Of a stretch of DNA of 64,000 bases, positions 45,801 to 58,500 are shown in pieces. Source of the stretch: Macrostomum lignano (Eukaryota); NCBI GenBank assembly GCA_002269645.1, contig NIVC01000111.1, forward strand, positions 186,001 through 250,000, read 5' to 3'. The position numbers were made by a program, and so were the translations under genes. A model generated the notes under the pieces. It had not been told where the DNA came from. It was given only the letters and a program-made list of their open reading frames with translations, and did no database searches. Position 1 is the stretch's first letter, and each line of letters begins with the position of its first letter.

Positions 45801-48800
45801 GCTGATTGAGACTGAGTACGGCTTCGGGTCAATAAACCTCAGCTCGGCGGTGCCAGCCAATTGTCTTCCAGGCGTGTAGCGACCCTGGACTGAGACTCCC
45901 AGAATTTTGTTTGACTCGGCGTCGTTCGCATCCCAGTTGACGGTAGCTGAAGCGCGGAACTCTCCAGTCTTCTTCTGGTAGCCAATGGTCGACTCGATTC
46001 GCCTGGCCGGTGTGCTAAGCGCCAGTTTCGACTCCACATCCACCTCAGAATAGACTCCTTTGTTTTCTAGAGAGGCCTCGAATGAGAGCGGCCGGACAAC
46101 TCCCTGATTTGGCGTGAACGACAGCTTGTAGCCAAGCCGGCCCGAGAAGAGGCTGATCTCTCTGTCCAGCTGCACTGTTCTGTGCGGGGTGCGCAGGGAG
46201 AGGAACGATCTGCTTTTAACTCCTTCGCCGCTGGCTTGCACCTGGCCTCGCAGGTGGAACGGGACCCATTCACCGATGTTCACTTTGATCTCGGAGTTGA
46301 TCATTTCACCAGTCATGGTCACCTTATAGCCAATTACCACCGGTTGTGTGCGATTGACGACGATCTGTCCACTTTGAATGCCGGCTCTGATCTTGATGTC
46401 GTGCCACTGCTCTCCATTGACCCTCATGCTCGACGTGTGCTCCAGGATGCGCTGTCGCATCTGGTTTTTCACTCTAATCTCAGCATTTCTGAAGCCGCGG
46501 AATGAGCTCTCAACTGACACTCGAGTGGACATGGCAGCCGGTCCATTGTAACTGCCAACGGTGGACACTCTGCCGAAGTGGCCGTGCGGCATGTGCACTA
46601 GCGCCTGCACTCGCGGCTCCGACTCCGACTGGTCTGTCAGAACTTTGAAGCCAACCTTCTCGTAGCCTTCAATTGGCAGAGCAATGCGAAGTCTGACAGC
46701 CTCGTTGGTTGCGTTGCCATCAATTGTGAGCTCCTTCTCGTTGATCCGGGCAGCAAATTCGGCGCTCCAGAGCTCGTCCGATCTCCGGTGCTCAATCAGG
46801 AATTTGGCGCTTTTGATGGCGCGATGCGGTGTCTGAATCTTGCAGCTGAACAAGCCTTGAGGATAGCGCGCCACCTTCTTAACATCGGCATTTACTGATG
46901 CGGCATAGCGATAGTCATTGAGTTCAAAGCTGGCCTCAGCACTCAGTTTCATCGGTGGCTCGCTATTGAAAGCCACCTTGCCTCCCAGTTTCCTCACCAG
47001 TTCAAACGGTGTCTGAACTCGAAGCTCAAGCACCCTTGAGTCAATCGTTAGGCTGCATTTTATGACTTTGTCAGCAACGCGGAACTCAGCATCCCAGGTG
47101 TTTTCCTCCGCGTCCATTCTCGGCTGCAGCTTGATCGTGAAAGCTGGCACCACGGGGCAGCTTGAGGTCACGGACACGCTTAGCGGACCATTGACCTGCA
47201 CCTCGACAAAGGAGCCCGACAGCCAGTTCACGCTGAGCACGGACTTGCGATTCAAATTTGCAGGCAGGAGTCGCAGCAGTTGCCGGCTTGCCGGGATCAA
47301 CTCGCTGGAGAATCTGTAGGCGAATGGCAGGCCGTTTCCGTAGCGCACCTGGATGGACTGTTCAATCTTGTTTGCGGCGTCGATGACATGCGAGAAGAAG
47401 AAACTGGCGGGCTCGTTAAGCAACGGGATCAGGTTGATGTTGTGCACAGCGGCGTTAAATGTCGCGTTCCTGAGGGAGAGAATCTGAGACTCCAGCGTCA
47501 CGCGCACGCTGGCCGAATCAGTCCCGATCGACCCCACGTACTTGAAACTGGACAGCTTCCTGCCGAAGATCTTGTTCCGAAGTTCCACTTTACCAAATGT
47601 TGTCTCCATGCTGAAGTTCACCTGGATTGGGTCTCTGTCCGGTAGCTGGAAATCGGCGTTCACAGCACCCAGCTTTGTGCCATCCGCGGACGCATTGGCT
47701 GTAAGCCGGTAGCACATGGGGCAGGTCCGTCTCAGGGTCGCCTCGGCCACGTAGGGGCTGGAACTCCACCACGGGTTGTAAATCTTGAATAGAGCGCTCT
47801 TGTCAGCACTTTCAAGGCTGTACTTGAAGCGAAGAACATCTCTGCTGCCCAAGCTAGCTCGAGACTCGAACTGGTTCGGCTTCCAGGTTAATAGGATTTG
47901 CTTTTCTGGCTCCGTATCGATCCGCCTGACCTGGGCCATGAGCGACTCGCCAGCGTATCGGTGACCCGTCGAGACCAAGTGCCGACCCAGAAGCTGCACC
48001 CGATGGTTCCACCTGTGCCGATGAAGGCCATCAAACTCGTGATCAAAGTTGATTTTCTGGTCCAAAGCGTTGAAATGAGCGACAAGGCGCTTTCTGAACT
48101 CCGTGGACGGCTCGATTTTCAGGCCTCCAACTGCGGACTGAGCCGTGCCCAGCAGCACCAGCGTGTGGTTAAAGTCAAAGTTCGTCCACGATGCGTGTCG
48201 ATGAGCAAACCGGCCCATCAAGTTCTGAGCCGAAATTTCCGCCAAAAATTGCTCCCCATCGAGGTTCCAGGACACTTCAACTGGCAGAGGGCCATCATTA
48301 TTCACTGCAACGCTAGCTGTCAGTTTTGCCACGCGCATACTGGAAGGCGCAGTCAGAGAGCCGCTGATGGCGAAGGCTTCCGGCACCCAGGTGTATGACG
48401 GACAGTCCACGCAGGTCATTCTGTGATTGAAGTCGAAGCTACGCGCATCGCGCTGGTTGTGCCTCAGGTTCAGCTTGAAACTGCGCACGTCCAAGTTGAG
48501 AGACTTTTCAGCTCCATCCAGATTCCAGCTTCCGGCGTACACCAGACCGCTGCTGTTCAGCTTGATCTCGCCCGACTTCCAAGTAGCCGCTGCTTCCAGA
48601 ACACCCGCCAGGCTTTGCTTTTGACCTGTCGGGAAGGACAACTCGGTGCTGAAGCGGCCGCTGGTGGCGGAGTGCTGCGCGAAGTTGAGCCGCAGATTGG
48701 GGTGCTGAATTTCGAAGGATGACTTGCCCGGCGAATTAAAATTCCAGCTGAGCCGCTTCTCCTCTTGCAGGCCGCTGGAGCCATGGGAGTACAGCAGCTT

Positions 48801-51800
48801 AACGAAACCTGCTCTCCGGAAACGGTGCGACCACATCCAGCTGGCTGTCTGACCAAAAGACTGCTCAAAAACCAGCGTTGTCTCAGTCAGCCGAGCTGCT
48901 GAGCTGCCATCGTACACGCCGCTCGCTTGTAGCTTGATGGTGGCGAAGCTGGCCTTGTGTCTGAAGTGGGCGACTCCATCGTCGGCCTTGTTGGAACTCA
49001 AGTCAATTTCCAAGACAGGCATTGAGGTAAACAGACTGGCGTAAAAACGCTTCGAGTTGTCCGAGAAATGCCAGTTGGTGCTTGCTTTAAAGTTTGCGTT
49101 TCTGCCCTTCAGCTCCGCAGTAAACTTGCTCTGTCTCCAGTTCTCAAAATCGTGCTCAAACTTCATCTGGGAATCGACGCCCCATCGCGGGCTGGACAAT
49201 TTGATGCTGCTCAGCTTATTTGCACAGTGCATCTCGACTCTGCACAGCGAAACGCCGTTAAACTTGCTCTCAGCGATGAGGACTCCAGCCTGCCAGTTCA
49301 GCTTGCCTTCATAGAGCGCCTCAGAGCCTCGATGAATGTAGTTCTCCGTCTCCAGAAGACCAGGCGCCATCACTGATTTGTGCAGCAGCTTCCAGTCTCC
49401 AGCATGGAGTTTAGCGGCGCAGCTATGCTCCAGCCAGCTGTTGTGATGATGCTGGAAGCTGGCAGACAACAAAGTTCGGATCGATGTAGAAGTCAATTCG
49501 GCAGTTCCCACCACTTCCACCCGATATTCGCTACGAGTGGATGGCTTTACTGCAAACTTTGCCTTGAATTCGTGCTTCACGGGGCCATTGGTGAACGAGT
49601 GATGGCAAGAAAAGTCTGCGTTGGACCTGTGCTCATGCCTGAGCTGCATTCTCGCGCCTCCGATGTTCAGGTCAGCGCGAAGGCTCGGCAGCTTCAGGCT
49701 CCAGCTTGCGGTGAGCTTCGGGGTCTCGAAGCTTCCAGTTTGCTCCATTGTGACGCTTCCTTCTCTCCCGCGAAGGTCGTGGCCAAACTTGGCGTTGGTG
49801 TGAAAGCTGGTCCAATCGCTGTTGAACTGCAGTTCCGAAGAAGTCTTGTCGCATTTTGCGGATAGCTTCAGGACGTTGACGCCTTCGGCTGTGTGCTGCA
49901 CGAGAAATGAGCGCCTGTCGAATTTGAGAACGTTTTCATGGCCCAGTCCTGTCAGTCGGAACTTTGCAACTTGGTTTTTGGCATCGATTTTACCGGTGTG
50001 AGTCACTTTCCATTCTCCAAGGCTGGCCTGGTTGGACCAAGCTGTGTCTCTCCATCCGGCATTGTTGCAGTGATGCTGCAGGCTGACTCTGATTGGCGGC
50101 AAGTACCGCCTGTACCGGTGCTCACCAGTCGACAGTTGCACCGAAGCGCTGCTCATCGACTCGTATCCCTTTTCCGGAGACGCCACGTTCTCCTGCAAGT
50201 TTCCATCTAGCTGGAGGTACGTGACGCCATTGTACTCGATGGTGTTGCTGAAGCTTCCCGTCCTGGTAGCATAGGATGCGTGAGAAGTCAATTTCAGGCT
50301 CTTCGTTGGGCTGGTGCAGTGCAGCTTGGCATTCCATCTAGGGCCAGTCAGGATTGCTGAGCTATCGAGAGTGTACTTTTTTCTTCCAAACTCCAGTTCA
50401 TGCAGGATTTTGTGGTGGTAGGCTCTGTGGATGTGATTCAGTCTCACGTTGATTGGCAACCACGGGTTCGCGGTTTTGAACTCGGCACTGTAGGTTCCAT
50501 CCGACGGTAGCAGATTCATGTGGGCCAGAGCCTCGAGAGCTCCGAATGTGATGGCGATCTTGGGTCTCAGGAGAGAATCGCAGTTAATCTCCAATTTGAG
50601 TGGACTGAGTTGGTCCCACTCGAAATTAACATCAAACGTCCTGCCCTTTCTTTCGAATTTGATGGTTTTCAAGGCCTTGCCCGCCACCTCCAGCTTAGCG
50701 CTGACCGAATACTGATTGTCCCAGTTCACTACTTCTTGCTTGGACTCAAATCCGAGAACCACTTGTCCATTGTACAGCACATTTAACCTATGTGTGCTGG
50801 TTCTGGTTCTGTAGTAGCCAGAATGATCGACACTCCACATAATGCTGGCTACTTCTGTACGGCCGCTCTTCACTGTCAGATCCCACTGCTTGTCTCGAAG
50901 AGCTGAAGCAACTTCTCCGTTTACTCCGAATCCGCTGAACTCCACCTTTGCGTACCGGTTGTTCTCATAGCTGACTGACAGCTTCGACGACAACAGCTGA
51001 TTTTCTGAGGCCATGCCCGTGGCTACATTCAGATCCGCCTCCAAAACTCCTGGCTTCAGCTTGGCGGTCCATTTCGATGCGCAGGATCCCATGACAGGGC
51101 TAAACAGGCTAAGGCGTCCCTCCAGCGAGTGCTCGGTTGCCGACGACAGCCATCCTTGACGAGACTTGACGAGCAGGTGACCGTCGACGGATCGGGCGAA
51201 AGCCTCTGCGCTCACCGCGAGCTGGACGTTGAACGCCTTCTCTTTCTTAGCGCTGAGCATTAACTTCAGTTCTCCACTGCGAAGTCCTGAGAGCCTGAAG
51301 CTGATTTCGCCAATCAAATTGGTTTGGACAAAGTGGGTCTGTAGTGCCAAGCTATCTTTGCTTATAAACGATGTCAAACCGTTGATTCCGTTCAAGTGCA
51401 CCTGAATACTGTCCTTCAAGTTCGTAATGCAAGTCAGTTTAACTTTCCTTTCGAGATGTGAGACATCGATGACTACTCGCTTCTCCTTGTTGCCGTAGCC
51501 AGTGATTTGCACCGATGCGGAGACTTCGTCCAGCCGAATTGCGTACTCAGGCAGATTCAAGGATGTCCGAACTTGGAACTTGCCATCGTGCAGCATTGAC
51601 ATCTCATAGTTGAAATTCGATTCCTTGTACGCAACTTTCAGTAGCAGTGAGAGATCATGCAGTCCACTTGCGGAGGACACCATTCGCCTGTAGTCCCACT
51701 CAATCGCTGACTGTTCAAGGGCTGTTCCGAACAGAGTGTTCACTCTGACAAAACCGGAGTGAGGCAGTCTAATGCCCGACCATCTCTCAGCCGAAAACAT

Positions 51801-54800
51801 GGATTGAAGCTTTGTTGAAACATCAACTAGCTTTTGTTTATTCATTTCGAGAACAATTTGCAACACTTTGTTCACATCGTGTCCCGAGCGCGACATTTTC
51901 ATTTCGACCAGCCTGCCAGGGTAGTGGACTCGCAGCTTCATCCCCTTCTCGTTCGATTCTCTGCTCAGTTTCAGCTCGTTCGCATAGTCGTTGAAAGCGA
52001 CACGAAGCTTCACGCTTCGCTTGGCATCCATGTTGCCGTAGACTGCAGCGTAGAGTTCGGCAAGTCTGAGATCCTCAACCGGTGTCTCCAGCTTCACCCT
52101 GAATTGCTTGTCGACCGACAAGTCCCAGTTGGTCAGAACAGAGAAGCGCTTTGTGCCGTACTGGGTAGTGAGCTCAAACTTGTAGTTCTTCAGGCTGCCG
52201 GCTGTCTGGAAAGCGAGCTCCACATCCGGCAGACCCGGCAGTTTCAAAGCGACTCGCGCATGCAGGCCATCAGTGAGATCCAGAACTGCCTGAGCCTTGA
52301 GCTCCTGGTTTGGTAGCATGAGCTTCGCAGTAACGTCAAATGGCATGGATACTTGAGCAACCAGCTTCATTCCAAGCTTCTCATAGCCTGGAAATGGTGT
52401 TGTGACTTTGAAGAGGACTGTTCTGTCGTTCTTCCAGTTGTAGACTGCTTTAGCTGAGTACTTGTCGCGCTGGTTCAACACGGCAACAACCCGCTCGTCA
52501 AGGCTTCCTTCCGAGAGATCCGACTTTGACTGCCACTTGAAGCTCAACTCTCGGTTGACGCCTAGGTTCACCTGCATCTTCTTGTTGAATGCATCCAGCA
52601 CACTGTCGGCCTTGAACACAAACTTTCCTGTGCTCAGACTCATCAATCCGAACTCACAGATGACGTGCTCGTGCTTCTGCACATGGTCAAACGATGCTTC
52701 AAACTTTGGAACAAATTCAATGCTGCTGTCTACTCTGAACTTCGCTGAAATTGGTGCCACGAGAAGTCCCTTTGGCGCGTGCCACATGCCTTTGACTTTC
52801 ACGTTTCCAAAGAATGGCGACTGAATGAGGACGGACGCATCAATCAGCGGGTTCTTCTTGAAAGTGACAGCCAGTTCAGTTGTTTCAATGGATTTCAACG
52901 GGGCAACAAGCTTCACAACCAGCCGCTTTACTGTCTCATTGGCTAAATCCAGATCGCACATTGCGCCCCAGGCTTGCGAGAAGATGTCGCTCACTTTGGC
53001 ATTGGCAGCCACATCTAGCAGCAGTCTTTTCGGTTTAATTTCCCACGTGGCGCTTGTGGTGGCTGTTGCAGTCCTGGACTGAACCTCCGTGCTAACCATC
53101 GCGCTGAAGTGGCCCCTCTTGAGTCCAACTCGCGTGGAAGCCTTCATGAATGGCGAGGAAACGGACGCGAAAAAGTCCACCAACATTGCGCCGTTGCTGT
53201 CTCGCTGTGGTCTCCATCCGATGATTGTCAGCTCATTGCGAATTGACAGAACAGTGATGTGGCCCGTTAGTTCGTTGTCGTTAACTCGGAATGTGAGGTC
53301 CTGCATTCCGTACAGTTTCGTATCCAGCCGAACCGTCATTTTCCGAGCACTGCCCTCAGTTTCAAAGTCGTATGTAAAAGTCGATTTGTCCCACGAATCG
53401 AATGGAGTTTTGACTGTGACTCGTGCGAACACCTTGTTGTTGAATACCTGCACCTCTTCTGATAGAGAATAAGCACCAAGCCTGCTGCTTTGAACCTGGT
53501 GACGTCCTTCTGCACTGAAAGAGTTATCCAATTTGCTCGAAAACCTCGACCGCAAACTAAGTCGTTCATTCAGCTTCTCGAGGTAGACGGACGCGTCAAA
53601 GATGGACTGAACCTCGGTGTCCCCGACTTTTTCTTCGGCTTTGTTGATCTTTAGGAAGTTCTCACCGACGATAGGAGTCCTCACAGTCAACTCGAGATTT
53701 GTAGCCTTGTTAATGTTCCTCCACTTGAAGCTGAAAGCGGATGTGCCGATGATGTTCCAAGGAGCTTGAATGACTAGTCTTCCCGAGGCTGCTCCCGGTC
53801 GCATCTCGGCGCGGCTATCAAAGACCATCGTTCCCACGATCTGGTTACTAAACGAAGCCTTGACCTGGTAGCGCACGAAATCGAATTCGAATTTAGTTTT
53901 GTCGATGCTATCAATGTCGCTGATAATCTCGAAGGCCACAGAGATCTGACTCGGTGGAGCGCTAATTTTGCTCTTCAGTTCGTGCGTGCCAAGATACTCT
54001 TGGTCAAGTCTCAGAAGCAGTGAACCCTCAGGTGCTGGAAGATTGCCGTTGACTGTCAAAGTGCTTGTTCTCGCTCCTTCGAAAGGTGTTTTAAGTTGGA
54101 CCTTCAATTCCATAGCCCGTCCGAAAGAATACGCTCGATCAACAGTCAGGGTGATTGAGTCAAGGCTTCCAGATTTCAGTTCGATTACTTCGCTCATAGC
54201 CCAGTCGAGCTTGTTTCTCTTAATCTGGCTGAACTGAATCGAGTGTTTTCCCAAATACGCACCATCAAAGCTAGCTTTGATGCTGCCAGTTTCCGCTCCG
54301 GTGTAAAACTCGAGGGTGATTTTGTTCTCTCTGGTGTAGTCGTTATTCAGCTTGAGCTCAGCGACTCCGGACCGCCACAAATCCAAGGTTAATGAACCAG
54401 AAAGGGATGTGTAGTGCAAGCCCTGCAGGCTCGTTCGCAAAGTCAAAGATGCCAGTCCACTGTTGTCCACGTTGCTCGCCTTTGCCTCGACACTGAGCAG
54501 AGTCTCGTAGTTCTTTACTAGCGTGATTCCAGCAAAGAACGGCTTGTCGCCTCTGTTGAGCCGGTAGTTGAGGTCAATCAGATGCACAGGGACCTCCGGG
54601 TTTCGAGCCTGGGTGTACTTCGCGGAGAATCCTGCCGCATAATTGAAAATGTGCTTGCCGGTAAACTCTACCACGTGATTGTTTACTGTCACGGAAATCG
54701 CCCTCTCGAAATACCATCTTGTATTGCCATGACCTTCCAATTTCGCTGCCAACTTAAATCCGTTCGCATCGATTCGAATGCTCAGCTTACCGCCTGAGCT

Positions 54801-55558
54801 CAACTGTTCCTTCTCAATTTGCAGCATTTGGATATTGTTAACTAGCACGGTGACAGTATTCTTGCTCGGGGCTCGCTTTAGTTGCATCTTGGCCTCTCCG
54901 AGTCTGGGAAGAGTCGCTCCGAATTCGCCGTCAGCATCACTGTACCGACCTTTGTAAACAATCGGCGTGTGGTACTTTGAACTGAGCTCCAAATGCTGGC
55001 TAAAGTCCCACAGCGGACCGTGGTGGCCCAAACTCAAAAACATTCGGTCCGTGATAGGTGTCTCCATGCTAAACTTGGTCTTCAGCAGGGCCCTATTCAA
55101 ATCAAATCCGAACTGTCCCTCATAGTCAAATACGCTGGTCATATCCAGCTTCACGTTCAGTCTGTTGTTGAACCGTCTCCAGTGACCCTGATGGCGCAGA
55201 TGGAACTCAACTTGACTCGTTGAAGCACCCGTCAGCTTTGCGTCGGCCAGAACTTCGAAATCGTTCAGGCTGTTAAAGTTTGTCTGCTGGCTCAGCTCCA
55301 TTTTCAAATCTCCAATAGTGACTGCAGCTTCAGTTCTTGTGCCTTCCTGGCTGATGCTGGCGGACATCATGGTTGGCACAGTGATTGTGAAGATTCTCTT
55401 GCCAGTCACTTTACCGTATGTAAGCTTCACAAGTTGCGACATTGGTCGGCTGTCGCTCAGTGCCATCTGCAGCTCAACATTAAAAGCCGTTGTCGGCTGC
55501 ACTTTGTATTCACCCTCCAGCTTGAATTTGGCCGAATCTTCGTATCCAAGCAGCTTCA
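42831..55558 (-). CDS. Giant large lipid transfer protein, central beta-rich segment, amphipathic helical region, vWD domain and Cys-rich C8-like region
   Basis: 4303-aa open frame with no stops. vWD motifs are HFVTFDGRHFDF and SVSGWYHGRLGGLFGNFDNEPFNDL...FTGSWRL. The C8-like part is CLDLF...CYSFVDPAPFRDIC...CRAAVAYIRHC. Confidence 0.9.
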
Positions 55559-58500
55559 GGGCAGCTTGGCCTCCACAGACACAGTTGCGGGCAGATAAGA
55601 ATGAGTAAGTTTGGTTCTGACCTCCAGATCGTGATTGCCGAAGATCGCATTCCATCGGCACATCAGCTTTACTTCAAAATTGCTCGGGCCATTTCTTGCG
55701 AACAGTTCGCCCAAGACTGGATGGAACCCGGGTCCGTCCACCTGAACTGTAATCTTATTTTCGGAAATGCTAAAGTGCAACCTCGCTTTCTTTGTCCAGC
55801 CAGGAAGCATCAGCTCAGATGTCAGCTGGTTGTCATCTTCTAGGTTGTGCACATGGTTGATGCTGATTTCTCTAAAGTTCGGCAGAGACGTCAGCAGGCG
55901 GAAGTTCAACTGAGCCCGAGTGGGCGATGAAGCAGTGCCACTGATTCGCAGTTCCCATTTGTCGCTCAGAATCCTTGGCATCTCAAGCATGACTAGCAGC
56001 TCGTTGCCCTCTGCACTCAACTTGCTCTCAATGCCGCCAACGTACGGCAGTTCGATGCTGATAGTTCCCGCAATGTTAGTCAAGAAGTTCCACGTAACGC
56101 CGTAACAGATCCGGTTCATAGTCGGAATGCGAAGATCAAACTCGGCAACTCCCTTTTTGGCGTGCTCAAGATTCAGCAGAAACGACATGGTTGCGGGGTC
56201 AGAGTACGGCCATTGGAAGTTCGCATTTGCTGACAGGTAAGCCAGGCCTGTCGACCGCTTCTCAGCTTCGAATTTGAGTGTTACAGGGCCGCGCAGCCAG
56301 TTGCATTTGTGCTTTGCATCGAGGCTCAGCTTTCCAGAATCCAGCTTGAGTTCCAGTCCGCTCTCTTGCTTGAAGTCTATCACCGTGGTGTTGACGCTAA
56401 GGACTAGGCCGTTAGCCCCAGCAGTTTCTCCATATTGCAAACTGTTCTTCAACACCTGCGTCTCGCCGTACAGAACTGAAATCTCGTGACGCAATGACCG
56501 ACTAAGTTCGAACAGTCTTGCTTCGGCAGAAATCGTTGGAATGCCACTCAATTCAAGCTTTCCTTTGAAATGAGCAGGACTTGGCTTCTCCAAGGTCAGC
56601 TGCATCGCTTTCTCGTCGCCCCAAGCGTTCAGCTTTCCTTCAATTTCAACAGCGTCGCGCCTCAGTGCTTCGGCCTTCAAGTTCGCTGCCAAGCTGGTCT
56701 CTGAATTTGCCACGGAAAAACCAGCAGCCATTGTCAAACCTCTGAATGCCAGCTCGTTTTTAATTACCTTCCGGCCACCGAGGTCGCTGAGGAAATCGAT
56801 TTTGCTCTTCGCTGTCCAGTAAAACGAGTCGGTGTAGCTCATTTGGACAGTGACATTCAGTTCCTTGAGCTGTTCGAACTCTGTTTTGGTGTAGAAGTTA
56901 CCCTCGAATCCTGGCGAATCCAGCTTCCAGTTCAAGCCGGTGGAGAATTCAGGAACAGTTGGCGACTCCAGCTTGAGCGCGGCATCATATGTCGACGAAG
57001 AAACATCGATGGTTTGATGGGCGCTGATCTTGACACTTTCCCATCCAGCGAGATTGCTTTCAAGTTTTGATGACAGCTTAAAACTTTCCCATCCTCTTTG
57101 TTTCACATTGTTCAACAATTGAATCCGGTTGCCAAAGCTCTTGACCTTGAAACCATGGCTATTGTCGACAAATCGGCTCGCTGTTCGACTTCCAGAGTGA
57201 AGCTGCAGCTCCTCCAGGGCCCAAAACGGTGTAAGAATCTTAAAAGTTCCAGAAACTTCATCGGCAGCAATCTTGAACTCACTGCTGCCGGAGATGCCGC
57301 CGCCAGGGTATTGCAGCTCGATAGTCGACAGGCCGTTTCTGCTGCTGTCAGTGTCCTCCACCAGATGGTTGAGCACAAGTTTCGTGTCCGCCTGCCAGTG
57401 CCTCGGAAGGTTCAGTTTAATGTCCAAGCTAGCCTTCTTCCAGCCTCCAAGCCTGCCTTGCAGCTCGATCATTCGGAACTCAGAATAGCAGTCGTGCTTT
57501 GCAGTCATGCCAATCCACCTTTCGCCATTTTCCTCGCCTACGGAAAAATTCATCTTGAGTCTAGAGATAACCGCGAATGGCGTTCGGGCCTCCAATTCAA
57601 ACGTTCCATCTCTCCTATCAACTATGGTGTTGATGGTCACTTTTCGATCTCGTCCAATTGTAACAATCAAAAGAGAGTTTCTTGATTCGCCTGAACTTTT
57701 GGTGGTGAAACTCAGACCTTGACTGGTGTGTGGGGATTGCGCATTAACTTCAAATTTGATCGTCTCTTCAGTGCTTTGAGTAGCCTTCGAGAATTCGAGG
57801 AACGACGTGTATGCTTCGTTATAAACTGCCGATGCTTTCAACTGCTTTTCGTTTTGCTCCCAAAGGTATTCGGAGCTGATTTTCACAGACCTCATCCATT
57901 CAGACGCCGTCTCAACGACCAGCCCATGGTCCACCCATGCATCACGATCTTGTCGTCGCAGCGACATGCCAAATACTTTCTCTCCCATGTGGTTCAGCTC
58001 CATGGCAAACTTCTTGTTTTTATATGTATTGGTCACTTCCAATACGAGTCGCTCGCGCTTAATGGCATCAAACGGTGTTTGCAGCACAATTTCTGATGTC
58101 TTCGTTGAGCCTTGAGCAAGCATTTTCGATGTCAACTTAATTAGCTCGTTTCCCCAGTAGATCTCGGTGCTTCCCTCAGTATTGCTATCGCCGTCTTGCC
58201 TCTCCGAACAAATCATTCCAAACCTTGGCAAACTGGCGTGCGGTGTTTCAACTTTAAAGTGCATTCTTCTACCAGCCTTCGAGAATTGAAAGTCCGCTTG
58301 ATAGTCGCCTACAGATGGAACTTTCAGTTGGGCGTTAGCTTCGATCCGGTTGGCCGACTTTGCAGATGTCTTCAGCTTCAAATCATCCATAAACGGGGCG
58401 CTAACAAGAAAATCGACTCCCATCTGTCGATTCAATCCGGCAGTGGTCTCATCGTAGCCATCCAAGTTGATTAGCATCGATTTTCCTGGCTTGTAGGACA

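Noticed and set aside
55540-55565. Programmed +1 frameshift or UGA readthrough/selenocysteine at CCC-TGA in the LLTP
   Set aside because: The +1 frame stops after 15 codons and the readthrough frame also stops within about 35 codons. Only the -1 frame continues the protein.
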